A stretch of DNA of 64,000 bases from Patescibacteria group bacterium (GCA_040390045.1 JAZJZC010000005.1:3360-67359); one strand, 5' to 3'. Positions 49,482 to 58,958 are shown, counted from the stretch's first letter. Numbers and translations are program-made. Notes: generated from the sequence alone by a model not told the origin.

Positions 49482-50432
49482 TTAAGCCTTTGCCGTGTGG
49501 TGCTCGTGTTCCTCCGCCCTTCCTGCGTCAGGACCTTCGGCATGCTCATCGTGACTATCATGGCTATCATGATCTTGTGAGGCGATAGTGAAGTACACCA
49601 ACACCAAAATTGAGAAGATGAGCGCCTGGATGAGCCCGACGAAAATTTCAAGAAACAAAAATGGAATTGGCAAAAGGTAGGGAAGAATTTTGCTCATTGC
49701 CATAAGAAGCACTTCTCCAGCAAACACATTTCCGAACAATCGAAATGAAAGGGAGGCGATTTTGGCAATTTCACCCACTAACTCAAGAATGCCGACAAAA
49801 AAAGTTACCGGTGCTACCACAAGCACTGTTGGATCCTTTTTGACTCGGGTAAAAATTCCCCCGAGCGCCTTCAGGTTAACATATTTGTTAAAAGTTTTCC
49901 AGATTCCGATTGAGAAAATTCCGAAGAGGTTTGCCGAGACGACGGCCATGATTGCCAGTGCGATTGTGGTGTTGATGTCGGCGGTGCCGCTACGAAGGAA
50001 GGGGATGAAGGAAAGGCCGTGTTCACCATCTTCAATGAGGCCAATGCCACCTAAGGGCAAGAGGCCAAGCCAGTTGTTGACCAAAATAAATAGAAAAACT
50101 GAAAAAGCGAGCGGGAAAACTTTCTCGGAAATTTTTCGGCTATTGGTGACTTGGTCACACAGGTCGAGCGCACCTTCAAGCAGCGCTTCGAAGAAGTTTT
50201 GAATTTTGCCAGGAATTTCGCGAAGCGTGACACGAATGATGATGGCCAAAAGCGCGATGATTAAAACCGCACTGACACTGGTCAAAAGTGCGTTGGTGAT
50301 AGGAAGCGAGCCGACGTGAGTGATATTTTCGGCGAAAAGGGTAGTTTCGTGCTTCACCTCGGAAGCGGCGCCCGCTGCGGGCGCCGCCGTCACCTCAGTT
50401 TTAGTATTAAGCTTTGTTGTTTGCTGAGTCAT
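49482..50432 (-). CDS. atpB: Fo ATP synthase subunit a, with a His/Asp-rich C-terminal tail
   Basis: Polytopic membrane protein with a conserved Arg-containing helix. The tail reads QDHDSHDSHDEHAEG...EEHEHH. Confidence 0.85.
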   Translation of the reverse strand: MTQQTTKLNTKTEVTAAPAAGAASEVKHETTLFAENITHVGSLPITNALLTSVSAVLIIALLAIIIRVTLREIPGKIQNFFEALLEGALDLCDQVTNSRKISEKVFPLAFSVFLFILVNNWLGLLPLGGIGLIEDGEHGLSFIPFLRSGTADINTTIALAIMAVVSANLFGIFSIGIWKTFNKYVNLKALGGIFTRVKKDPTVLVVAPVTFFVGILELVGEIAKIASLSFRLFGNVFAGEVLLMAMSKILPYLLPIPFLFLEIFVGLIQALIFSILVLVYFTIASQDHDSHDSHDEHAEGPDAGRAEEHEHHTAKA

Positions 50433-50685
50433 CTGATTTTTTCGGTGTTTCTTTTTCTATTGTGTTGCTGAATTTTTGAATGGTTTTGATCATGCCGACA
50501 ATTGAAATTAAAAATCCAAAAGCGGCCAGTCCTAAAAATATCCAAGGTTTCGTTCCGAACTGTGTGTCGAGCCATTTTCCCGCCACAAGAGCGAAAATGA
50601 CGGGCGCGGCAATCCAAACGGAAATTTTTGAAAATATTTCTACCGCCGGTTCCCACCAGGGTTGTTTTCCGCTGTCTTGTTCCAC
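50407..50685 (-). CDS. atpI: AtpI/AtpZ-like small membrane protein upstream of atpB
   Basis: 92 aa with two TM helices, positioned at the head of the atp operon. Confidence 0.45.
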   Translation of the reverse strand: MEQDSGKQPWWEPAVEIFSKISVWIAAPVIFALVAGKWLDTQFGTKPWIFLGLAAFGFLISIVGMIKTIQKFSNTIEKETPKKSDDSANNKA

Positions 50686-50851
50686 GTCGGCATTTTAGCA
50701 AAACATAGCGATATTCTCAAGGGTTTGGAGAATTAAGGCTGAATTTCAAAAGAGGGGATCATTCGTGCGGTCAGATAGTGGTTTTGGTATTTAGTTATCC
50801 ACAGCTGACAACAAAAATTCAATTGTGGAATTTGTGTGACCTTGTTAAAAT

Positions 50852-51142
50852 ATGATTATGAAAAAAGAGCTGAACAAGAAAATTTCATTAGAAGATTTAG
50901 CGGGAATGGTTGCCCGGGGATTTTCGGATGTCGATAGGAGGTTTGAGAAGCAAGAAAATAACATCGAAGCTTTTAAGGTTGAAACTCGGGAAAATTTCAA
51001 ACAGGTAGAAGAAAATTTTAAAAAAGTTCGAAATGATATCCTCGACATCGGTGACAAATTTGTCCGCCGAAACGAATTTGACACACTCCTTGTTCGCGTC
51101 GGTCGTCTTGAGCAGAAAGTTTCAGGAAAATCGGGGAAATAA
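50852..51142 (+). CDS. hypothetical coiled-coil protein
   Basis: 96 aa, charged and helical, with a hairpin downstream. Confidence 0.4.
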   Translation: MIMKKELNKKISLEDLAGMVARGFSDVDRRFEKQENNIEAFKVETRENFKQVEENFKKVRNDILDIGDKFVRRNEFDTLLVRVGRLEQKVSGKSGK

Positions 51143-51190
51143 ATTTTTAATAAAAAACCACTCGCGGGATTGCGGGTGGCGCAGATGATT

Positions 51191-51544
51191 TTAGGCTGAC
51201 TTAGCCTTGACCAAGATTACCGGTGGAAGGCTTTTCGGCCGGCTGATGGTCACGACATTCAGGAAAAAGTCTTCGGGGATGGCGTTGATGTCGATACCGG
51301 TTATCAACTTGTAGGCGGCGCGGGTTTTGGGTCCGAAATTGCCGTCGACATCATCTCCGGTAAATCCCATTTCTACCTGGAGGTTTCTTACCCCCAGAGC
51401 AGTTTGTTCCCCGTAGTCACCGTCGGGAACGATACCAGCGTTGTGTCCTCCTGCGAGTAGCAAGAGTTGGAGAAGCCGGATTGTTCCGACCGGTCCCTTG
51501 CTACCTTTGTTGAGGTATTGAGGGAAGAAAGGTAAGGCGGTCAT
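51191..51544 (-). CDS. peptidoglycan-binding (PG_binding_1-like) domain protein
   Basis: DGDYGEQTALGVRNLQVEMGF...DGNFGPKTRAA repeat pattern. Confidence 0.5.
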   Translation of the reverse strand: MTALPFFPQYLNKGSKGPVGTIRLLQLLLLAGGHNAGIVPDGDYGEQTALGVRNLQVEMGFTGDDVDGNFGPKTRAAYKLITGIDINAIPEDFFLNVVTISRPKSLPPVILVKAKSA

Positions 51545-51693
51545 AATTTTGCGTTTTTTGTTTTTTGGGAACTAGCAGTCAAAACTGGCGTTACGGTATC
51601 ATTACAGTAGAGAACCGTCAATTTTTTCAGTTATTATCCAGATTGGAGGATCAAAAAAATTGCAAGAAAAAACCCAGACACAAAGTGCTAGGG

Positions 51694-52047
51694 TTATGGG
51701 GCTACGAAACGTGAACCAACCATCAATCGACTCCCGTTTCCTGTCAGGACTCCATAATCAAGGTCTATGTCCACGTCAGGGCCCGTGACCAAGTAGGGCG
51801 AGAAATACTGATTGAAACGAGCGATCGTTGATCGTCCGTGTTCGTGTTGCAGGTCGGTGTTGAGACCGAAGTCGAGTCCTTTTTGCCAAGGCACTTCCTC
51901 ACAAAAGCTGCCCACGCTTCGGAATGCCTCCAGAAAACCCGCCACGATGCTTTCTGATTGGGCGATGCAAGCTGTCGGTACGTTCAAGGTACACCTCACT
52001 CTGCCGCCAACAAATACAGCGGCGCCAGCGATTGAAATACGTTCCAT
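51694..52047 (-). CDS. hypothetical protein
   Basis: 117-aa ORF, moderately high GC, no motif recognised. Confidence 0.3.
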   Translation of the reverse strand: MERISIAGAAVFVGGRVRCTLNVPTACIAQSESIVAGFLEAFRSVGSFCEEVPWQKGLDFGLNTDLQHEHGRSTIARFNQYFSPYLVTGPDVDIDLDYGVLTGNGSRLMVGSRFVAP

Positions 52048-52120
52048 AATACATTTAACTTTCCTTCAAACTAGCTCGTAGACTACTTCTAGGGCCATTT
52101 GAAGTCAAGAAAAATTTAAT

Positions 52121-52831
52121 CTAAGAGAGGTTTAGTGATTTCAGAAATTTTTCCAATTCTTTATCGACAATGGCGCGGCTTTTGTTGGGAGTCAGTTTGC
52201 CGAGTTCGATGTTGGTGACGCGGGTGCGTTTGAGTTCTTTGACGGAAACGCCGAGCGCTTCGGTCATGCGCTTGACTTGATGGTTTTTGCCTTCAGTGAT
52301 GACAATCGAAAAATGATGGTCATCGAGGAGTTCTACTTCGACAGGTTTGGCGGGTGTAGCTTCGCCGATGTCGACACCTTTTTCTAATTTTTCGATAAAC
52401 ATTTCAGTGAGCTCGCGTTCGGTTTCGACAACGTATTCTTTTTCATGCGCGTATTTGGGATTGAGCAAGCGGTCGGTGATTCTGCCATCGTTGGTGAGAA
52501 TTATCAATCCTTCGGAATTTTTATCGAGTCGGCCGATAGGGAACAGTCCTTCCATTTCAAAAATGTCAGCAATTTCTTTTTCTTCTGTGGTGGGGTTTAA
52601 AGTGACGTAGCCTTTGGGTTTGTAGTAGGCGAGGTAGCGGCGCGCCTCGGAAGGCGCGCCGCCCTTTACCTCAACTTTGTCTTCTTCTCCCACCTTTTGC
52701 CCGAGCACCGCCTTTTTACCATTAACAAAAACCTTTCCCGCTTCAATTAATTCATCTGCGCCCTTTCTGGTCGCGAAACCTTTATCCGCAAGATGCTTGT
52801 TGATTCGAATTTTTTTATCTTCATTTTCCAT
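52121..52831 (-). CDS. pseudouridine synthase, RsuA/RluB family (S4 domain plus catalytic domain)
   Basis: S4-like N-terminus (RINKHLADKGFATR) and GRLDKNSEGLIILTNDG with the catalytic Asp. Confidence 0.85.
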   Translation of the reverse strand: MENEDKKIRINKHLADKGFATRKGADELIEAGKVFVNGKKAVLGQKVGEEDKVEVKGGAPSEARRYLAYYKPKGYVTLNPTTEEKEIADIFEMEGLFPIGRLDKNSEGLIILTNDGRITDRLLNPKYAHEKEYVVETERELTEMFIEKLEKGVDIGEATPAKPVEVELLDDHHFSIVITEGKNHQVKRMTEALGVSVKELKRTRVTNIELGKLTPNKSRAIVDKELEKFLKSLNLS

Positions 52832-52976
52832 GAGCTCATTCTAAACGGTTGCGCGGTTTTACGCCACTTTTGATTTGCCAAATTGACACTGTTTTTAATT
52901 AGAGATAGTCTGGCATCAGACTTGTTCTATGGAAAAACAAGTGCAGTAAAAAACACTTAAAACAGAAGGAAACACG

Positions 52977-54137
52977 ATGAGCACAAAAACAGCTCCGGCC
53001 TACGCCAATGATGGTGTGGACTTGGACGCGGGCGATAGTTTCAGTACGTTTGCCGGCAGGATTTGCCGAGTTAGCTATGAGAACAGTCCTTACGTCAAGG
53101 TTCGGGATTGGTCGGCTGGGCAATTTCGCGGGCCGCGAACTTTTAAACTCCGCGGGCTCTCAAACGATTGCGAATTGAGCCTCGATCCGGACGGTAATGG
53201 AACCAAGGTAGGTATCACAAGCACTGCCAAAACTCCTCTCGATTCAGCCGCCGACCTTTTTGAAATGACCGCTATGGATGGAGTTCGCTACGGTGGGAAG
53301 CCGGCTGTGTTCGTCAATCAACTTGATGCCTCATCGCTCGGAGATGAAGGCACGCCAAAAAACGAGTTCTTTCGAGACCTCTTGGTGGGACTTGGCGTAG
53401 TTGCCGCTGAGCAGCAGGTTGTGCTTCTCAAGGGAGAGACGGCTGAAATGGGAGCTTTCGTGTCATCTGAAGATCCGAATGCCCTGGCAAAATATTTGTG
53501 GTGTGGAACTATGCTTTCTATTTACCATCCACAAGCTTGCATTAATGGAAGTAGTCTCAGGCCCGGTCAGACTGTGGTTGCGTTGCCGGAGTTTGGTTTG
53601 CGTGCCAATGGTGGCAGTTCCGCTCGGAAGGCTTTCGCCATGCGTTACGGTCCAGATTGGTACGAGAATTATACTGCTGTGGACGATATTGCGGCTGCAG
53701 CGGTTCCCTCAACTCCGTACGGGAATTTTCTTACCGACGTCAATGGTTGGAATTCACTCGAAGATGGCGCACCAGCTCCCTTGATTCGAGTTTCTGCAAT
53801 CGCGCATATCACTGGCGGTGGCATTCCCTCGAAGTTTTTCAGCGGTTTATTGAAACCTCTCGGTCTGTCGGCAGAACTGAGTGATCTGCCTGAACCGCCG
53901 GAGATCATGCGTAAGCTTGCGCAATGGCGAGGTGTTTCTGGAAAAGAACCCTACGACATCTGGCACGGTGGCCCCGGGGCGCTGGTGGTTCTCGACGAGG
54001 CAGATGTTCTTGAGTTTGTTGCCGCGGCGAAAATTTTTGGCATTGAGGCCAAACCTGCAGGGGTGATTACCCAACCCGGCACGCCGAGTCTCTCCATCAC
54101 TTCCAAGTTTGACGGAGAGAAGCTTGTTTGGCACTAG
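52977..54137 (+). CDS. purM: phosphoribosylformylglycinamidine cyclo-ligase-like (PurM/AIR synthase family)
   Basis: YANDGVDLDAGD, DGNGTKVGI, GETAEMGAF and IAHITGGG align with E. coli PurM. High GC. Confidence 0.65.
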   Translation: MSTKTAPAYANDGVDLDAGDSFSTFAGRICRVSYENSPYVKVRDWSAGQFRGPRTFKLRGLSNDCELSLDPDGNGTKVGITSTAKTPLDSAADLFEMTAMDGVRYGGKPAVFVNQLDASSLGDEGTPKNEFFRDLLVGLGVVAAEQQVVLLKGETAEMGAFVSSEDPNALAKYLWCGTMLSIYHPQACINGSSLRPGQTVVALPEFGLRANGGSSARKAFAMRYGPDWYENYTAVDDIAAAAVPSTPYGNFLTDVNGWNSLEDGAPAPLIRVSAIAHITGGGIPSKFFSGLLKPLGLSAELSDLPEPPEIMRKLAQWRGVSGKEPYDIWHGGPGALVVLDEADVLEFVAAAKIFGIEAKPAGVITQPGTPSLSITSKFDGEKLVWH

Positions 54138-54237
54138 TTTCGGTTTGCAAAGTTTTTAAGTTCAAGATCCGATTCGTCGGGTCTTTTTTATATCGAATTT
54201 TTGGGTTATAGTTGATTTAGAAAACCACTGAAAAATC

Positions 54238-54564
54238 ATGAGTGACAACTTAAAAATCGTATTGTTTTTCGCGGCTTTTCCTCTTCTGTATGTTCTCATA
54301 TTATGGACAAGGCGGGATTCACGCAAGCAACTCTCTAATCTTAAAGCCCAATGTGAAGGAGGTTCTCAACATGAGGGTGCTCAATCCGCAGAACTACGAG
54401 ACGAGTTTCTCTTCCGATTGAGAGAACACGTAAAGTTATTTCCAGAAGATGTTGAATCCAGGGATTTCGAAATTTCTGGTGACACCTGCACCCTTTTAAT
54501 TCGCATCCGCGTACCCCAATCTTTCGGATCTTTAGGAAAGATCTCCACCCCCACAGCAGCTTAG
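54238..54564 (+). CDS. hypothetical protein
   Basis: 108-aa ORF with an N-terminal TM helix. Confidence 0.3.
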   Translation: MSDNLKIVLFFAAFPLLYVLILWTRRDSRKQLSNLKAQCEGGSQHEGAQSAELRDEFLFRLREHVKLFPEDVESRDFEISGDTCTLLIRIRVPQSFGSLGKISTPTAA

Positions 54565-54597
54565 CTTTGGGGGATTTTTTTATGATATACTTTTCAT

Positions 54598-54795
54598 ATG
54601 AACGAAGATATTTTAAAAAAACTACAAGAGCAAGACGCGAAACTCGAGGCAATTTTTCAATCGAGTGAAAAGATGCGAAAGTATTTTTTGTGGACACTCA
54701 TTATTTCTGTTGGCATGATTGTGTTGCCGCTCATCGGCATTGCCTTTGTCTTGCCGTCGTTTTTCAATAGTTTGGTGTTACCGGAAGGGCTGTAG
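54598..54795 (+). CDS. hypothetical small membrane protein
   Basis: 65 aa with a C-terminal TM helix. A strong terminator at 54846-54877 follows. Confidence 0.3.
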   Translation: MNEDILKKLQEQDAKLEAIFQSSEKMRKYFLWTLIISVGMIVLPLIGIAFVLPSFFNSLVLPEGL

Positions 54796-54845
54796 AGTAA
54801 GTTGGGAAGTTTTAAAGTTTAGAAGTCTGGAAGTTTAAGGGAAAA

Positions 54846-54877
54846 ACTGCCGGCGCGCTCTGCGCGCCGGCAGTTTT
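54846..54877 (+). terminator. rho-independent terminator
   Basis: AAAACTGCCGGCGCGC-TCT-GCGCGCCGGCAGTTTT. Confidence 0.7.
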
Positions 54878-54945
54878 CTAGTTACCTCATTTTATAGTAT
54901 AGTAGTAGAAAATAATGTAGCGAAGCGGAGTATATTTTCTTGACC

Positions 54946-55051
54946 CCCTCACTTGAAACTACTTTTGAACATTTATTGCCATACATAAATAATGTGGTAA
55001 AAATGGTTAAGGTCAGACGGCCTTAATTAACAAGTTTCAAGTGAGGGGGTG
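54946..55051. repeat. 106-bp element bounded by a perfect 16-bp inverted repeat
   Basis: CCCCCTCACTTGAAAC ... GTTTCAAGTGAGGGGG enclosing 74 bp with an internal small hairpin. Confidence 0.4.
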
Positions 55052-55089
55052 ATGATTTTTATATTTGCTGCGCTCATTAAAAATCAATC

Positions 55090-55680
55090 ATGTTTTCTAT
55101 TCCTATTATCTACTTTATTACCACGTACGGGTATGTTGCGATTTTAATCGGATCGTTTTTTGAGGGCGAAATGATTTTGGTTCTCGGTGGATTGGCGGTT
55201 CAGCACGGATTGCTTAACCTGCCCTTAGTTTTCGCTTGTTCTTTGTTCGGTACACTGACGAGTGACATCAGTTTTTTTCTTTTAGGGAGATACAAGGGAA
55301 AAGTTCTTATTCACAAATATAAATTTTTTAGCAAATTGCACATGGTTTCAGAAAAGATGTCCGGAAGAAAAGCACCTTTTTTAGCTTTTGGTCTGCGTTT
55401 TATGTACGGTTTCAGACACCTTGTGCCGTTTAGTCTTGGTATGTCTTCAATCCCCACTAGAACTTTTTTACTTTTTAATTTTCTCGGCGGATTGACATGG
55501 GTGCTCAGTGTTGGATTTGTTGGTTATTTTTTTGGCGATGTTTTGGAAATTTTCTTAGGACATTTGAGACATTATGAATTTAGAGTTATTGTCATTGTAC
55601 TTGTCAGTGTTTTAGTCGGAAGATTTTTGTACAAACTTTTAAAATATTTTTTAAAAAAGTATATGAATAGAAATCAATAA
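55090..55680 (+). CDS. DedA/SNARE-associated (TVP38) family membrane protein
   Basis: GYVAILIGSFFEGE and the LGRYKG DedA motif. Confidence 0.8.
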   Translation: MFSIPIIYFITTYGYVAILIGSFFEGEMILVLGGLAVQHGLLNLPLVFACSLFGTLTSDISFFLLGRYKGKVLIHKYKFFSKLHMVSEKMSGRKAPFLAFGLRFMYGFRHLVPFSLGMSSIPTRTFLLFNFLGGLTWVLSVGFVGYFFGDVLEIFLGHLRHYEFRVIVIVLVSVLVGRFLYKLLKYFLKKYMNRNQ

Positions 55681-55682
55681 GT

Positions 55683-56477
55683 ATGGCAAATTCTAAAAAA
55701 AATCAAGCCGAATCGAAGGAGTCCGAAACATCCTGGGGAGGTGTTGCCAACTGGTATGATGATTTACTTGAGTCCGGCGAAGGCACCTATCAAAGCGACT
55801 TAATTTTGCCCAACGTGTTACGCTTACTTGAAATCAAATCTGGGCAATCCGTGCTCGATCTCGCCTGCGGCCAGGGATTTTTCTCCCGTGAATTTTTTAA
55901 AGTAGGCGCGGCCGTTTCAGGTTCTGACATTTCTCCGAATTTAATTGCGCTTGCCCAGAAAAACTCGCCAAAAAACATTGAGTATTTTGTTGCTCCCGCA
56001 GACAAACTTGTCTTTGCCAAATCAGAATCGAAGGATGCCGTTGTTTGTATTTTGGCTATTCAAAATATTGAAAATGCGCCAGCAGTTTTATCTGAAGCCT
56101 TCCGCGTCTTGAAGAAAGGTGGAAAATTTCTCATGGTGATGAATCATCCCACGTTTCGCATTGCCAAACGCTCGAGTTGGGGATTTGATGAAAAATTAAA
56201 AATTCAGTACCGACGACTCGATGAATATATTTCTGAATCGAAAACTGAGATCGCAATGCATCCCGGATCAGATCCCGCCTCCGCGACAGTTTCATTTCAT
56301 CATCCTTTGCAATATTATTTTAAGGCGCTCTACAAGGCTGGATTTTTGGTGAGTAGACTTGAAGAATGGAATTCAGGAAAGACGAGCCAGCCTGGTCCTC
56401 GCGCGGGGGCGGAAAATAAAGCGAGAAGTGAATTTCCTCTTTTTTTGACACTCGAGGCTCGGAAGCCTCTGCGCTAA
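55683..56477 (+). CDS. class I SAM-dependent methyltransferase
   Basis: VLDLACGQGFFS motif I and LKKGGKFLMV. Confidence 0.75.
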   Translation: MANSKKNQAESKESETSWGGVANWYDDLLESGEGTYQSDLILPNVLRLLEIKSGQSVLDLACGQGFFSREFFKVGAAVSGSDISPNLIALAQKNSPKNIEYFVAPADKLVFAKSESKDAVVCILAIQNIENAPAVLSEAFRVLKKGGKFLMVMNHPTFRIAKRSSWGFDEKLKIQYRRLDEYISESKTEIAMHPGSDPASATVSFHHPLQYYFKALYKAGFLVSRLEEWNSGKTSQPGPRAGAENKARSEFPLFLTLEARKPLR

Positions 56478-56585
56478 TACTAATATACGAATTATACTAA
56501 TACTACTAATAACTACGAATAAAATCTCGCTAGCAAACATTAGTAGTTATTCGTAGATTCGTATTCATTAGTATATTGGTATAAA
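56477..56585. repeat. TACTAAT/TACGAAT heptamer dyad element, copy A (inverted partner at 61395-61510)
   Basis: The reverse complement of 56520-56554 matches 61402-61436 with one mismatch. The flanks also match. Confidence 0.6.
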
Positions 56586-56589
56586 GAAT

Positions 56590-57165
56590 ATGATTGCAAA
56601 TTTTCCACCATATATTCTGAAAAGAAACTCCCGAAGTCGTAACCTGCGAATTTCCGTAAGGGCTGGCGGGGAAGTTTTGGTTAGTGCGCCACTTTTTGTT
56701 TCCGATGTGCGAATTGAACAATTTTTGAAAGATCGCTCTTCTTGGATAGAAAAGTACGTCGAAAAATATAAAAAAATTCCTAAGGTTCACAGATTGACTG
56801 CCTCTCAAGAAAAAAAGTTATTTGTTTTGCATAAGGCAAGGGCTTATGAGTTGGCCAAAGAAAAAGTTGAAAACTTTAATCGGTATTTCGGGTTTCCGGT
56901 TGGAAAAATAATGATTCGGAACAGTAAGACACGATGGGGGAGTTGTTCAAGCAAACGAACGCTTAGTTTTAATTACAAAATCGCCTTTTTGCCGGAACAT
57001 TTGGCGGATTATCTTGTGGTACACGAGCTTTGCCATCTCAAGGAAGCTAATCATCGAAAAACATTTTGGGCTTTGATGGCTCAGAAAATTCCAGAATATA
57101 AAATGCATCGCCGAGAACTTCGCGGGTTTGAACTGACTTTCCCGCTGACTTCCGTCGGTGTATAA
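56590..57165 (+). CDS. YgjP-like (DUF45/M48-type, SprT-like) zinc metallohydrolase
   Basis: The VVHELCHLKEANH HExxH motif. Confidence 0.7.
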   Translation: MIANFPPYILKRNSRSRNLRISVRAGGEVLVSAPLFVSDVRIEQFLKDRSSWIEKYVEKYKKIPKVHRLTASQEKKLFVLHKARAYELAKEKVENFNRYFGFPVGKIMIRNSKTRWGSCSSKRTLSFNYKIAFLPEHLADYLVVHELCHLKEANHRKTFWALMAQKIPEYKMHRRELRGFELTFPLTSVGV

Positions 57166-57203
57166 TCTGATGACTAATTACTAACATACTAATTTACTAT
57201 TTT

Positions 57204-57374
57204 ATGACCCATTATGTTTGCACCGGCAGTTGTGGTAACGAGGCCAACTCACCCGGCGTTTGCGAGTCACAATTTTGTTCAAAAGAAGGAAAGCCGCTTA
57301 GTGAATGCAGTTGCGAGGATCATTCCCACACAAAAATAAATGATGTTCCTGAGGGGGAAGATATTGCTCAATAA
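57204..57374 (+). CDS. small Cys-rich protein (56 aa; not in the ORF track)
   Basis: ATG at 57204 and stop at 57372. MTHYVCTGSCGNEANSPGVCESQFCSKEGKPLSECSCEDHSH carries 7 Cys and 3 His. Confidence 0.3.
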   Translation: MTHYVCTGSCGNEANSPGVCESQFCSKEGKPLSECSCEDHSHTKINDVPEGEDIAQ

Positions 57375-57407
57375 AGCTCTAAGCTGCAAGCTATCAGCTT
57401 ATAGCTT

Positions 57408-58577
57408 CTACCGAGTGTCCTCTAATTCCAAACTCGAGTAGAGACCGAAAAACATAATTATCGCCAAAACGATAAACAGATATTTTATCGGTAACTCAAA
57501 GGCAAAAAGGACGGTGGCTAAGAGTGGTCCTGCAATATAAGCCCAGGGTCTCGTGGTTCGGAAGATGCCGATAATATTGGCCTTTTCGGAATTAACTTTT
57601 TTGAAAAAATAGGTTTCGCTCATGATTTCCACCATCGATGCGCCTACGCGGCTCATAAAAAGAATACTGGTCCACATGATGAAACTCTTTGCTTGAATAA
57701 AAGCAATCATGCCGGTGGCGAGCGCCATGATGATAAAACCAATTGACATCACTTCTTTTTCTCCCCATCGACTATCAGCCAGTTTGCCGAGCGGCGCTTC
57801 GGTAATAATAAAAGGTAGGAGCATAATGCTAAACATCACCCCAATTTCTTTCCAGCTGAAGCCGATGTGGGTGTACAGATAGATTGGCGTGTAAATCACC
57901 ATCCACGAATAGAAAAATTGAAGCAGGAAGCTAACAGTAAACACGTGCCGAATATTTTTTTCAGCAAAAATTTCCCGAGCGGTTTTTTTAAACGGAATAA
58001 TTTTGTACACTGGGTCATTGAAATCTTTCAGGTTGTTGCGCAAAAGAATAAATACCGGAATGAGCAAAATGGCAGCGGCGAGGAAAATTTTCCAGTAGTC
58101 GCCATCGGTTAAAATAAAACTGGCAATCAGGGGTGAAATGATCCAGGCTGTGTTTGAGATGGAAAGGAAATTGCCGCGGATTTTTCCGGTAACCGAATCA
58201 CTGGTAAAACGTTCCAGAAAAACGTCAATGTTGAAGCTCACGAGTGCTCCTGAAATGAAACTGAGAACAAAGAAGGTTGAAATTAAAATGTCATTTTGGG
58301 TTATGAAAAGGCCGATTAAGGAAAGAAAATCTACCAAAAGTAAACTCAAGATCGTGTTGTAGTTGCCAAAACGACGCAATATTTTTGGAATAATAGAAAA
58401 AGCGCCGATGGTGAGTGCCGACGAGATAATATAGAGAAGGCCGACAAAGCGCTCGGTAGTAAAATGCGCCAGATAGGTGGAGTTGATATAGGAAGGCAGA
58501 GAAATGTTGAGTGCAAAGAGAAAGCCTAACAGGTAAATGACGAAGACGTTTGACTGTACTTTTTTTTCGGAATCCAT
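57408..58577 (-). CDS. MFS transporter
   Basis: 12 predicted TM helices in a 6+6 arrangement, 389 aa. Confidence 0.8.
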   Translation of the reverse strand: MDSEKKVQSNVFVIYLLGFLFALNISLPSYINSTYLAHFTTERFVGLLYIISSALTIGAFSIIPKILRRFGNYNTILSLLLVDFLSLIGLFITQNDILISTFFVLSFISGALVSFNIDVFLERFTSDSVTGKIRGNFLSISNTAWIISPLIASFILTDGDYWKIFLAAAILLIPVFILLRNNLKDFNDPVYKIIPFKKTAREIFAEKNIRHVFTVSFLLQFFYSWMVIYTPIYLYTHIGFSWKEIGVMFSIMLLPFIITEAPLGKLADSRWGEKEVMSIGFIIMALATGMIAFIQAKSFIMWTSILFMSRVGASMVEIMSETYFFKKVNSEKANIIGIFRTTRPWAYIAGPLLATVLFAFELPIKYLFIVLAIIMFFGLYSSLELEDTR

Positions 58578-58805
58578 GGTTAGAAATTATATCACGGCGT
58601 ACGAGAGTGAGTAATGGATACTTACGAAATAGAGCCTGTAGTTAATTCAGAATTTTCTCTCGAGAGATGCGGTTTCATACCGCTGATTAAAATTTGTACG
58701 ATATCTACCTGACAACATTCAGGCGAATAGCCTAGAATTTATGTATTTCTTGCAGCCGCAACAAATACATAAATTTTAATAGAGACCTCCTTTTCCCACA
58801 CACAC

Positions 58806-58847
58806 TAATTGTATGCTATAGCATACAATTAGTGTGTGTTGAAAATC
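58806..58847. promoter_or_regulatory. perfect 42-bp palindrome (21-bp arms)
   Basis: ACACACACTAATTGTATGCTA/TAGCATACAATTAGTGTGTGT, in a divergent promoter region. Confidence 0.45.
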
Positions 58848-58958
58848 TAAGAAATTGGGAGATTTAGTGAGGTGTAGAAATTGCTTTATGTTTGACAAAG
58901 TTTTTAGAAAATGTACGGTTACGGCAGAAGGAAAGAAGCTTGAACCAACAAGAAAATT

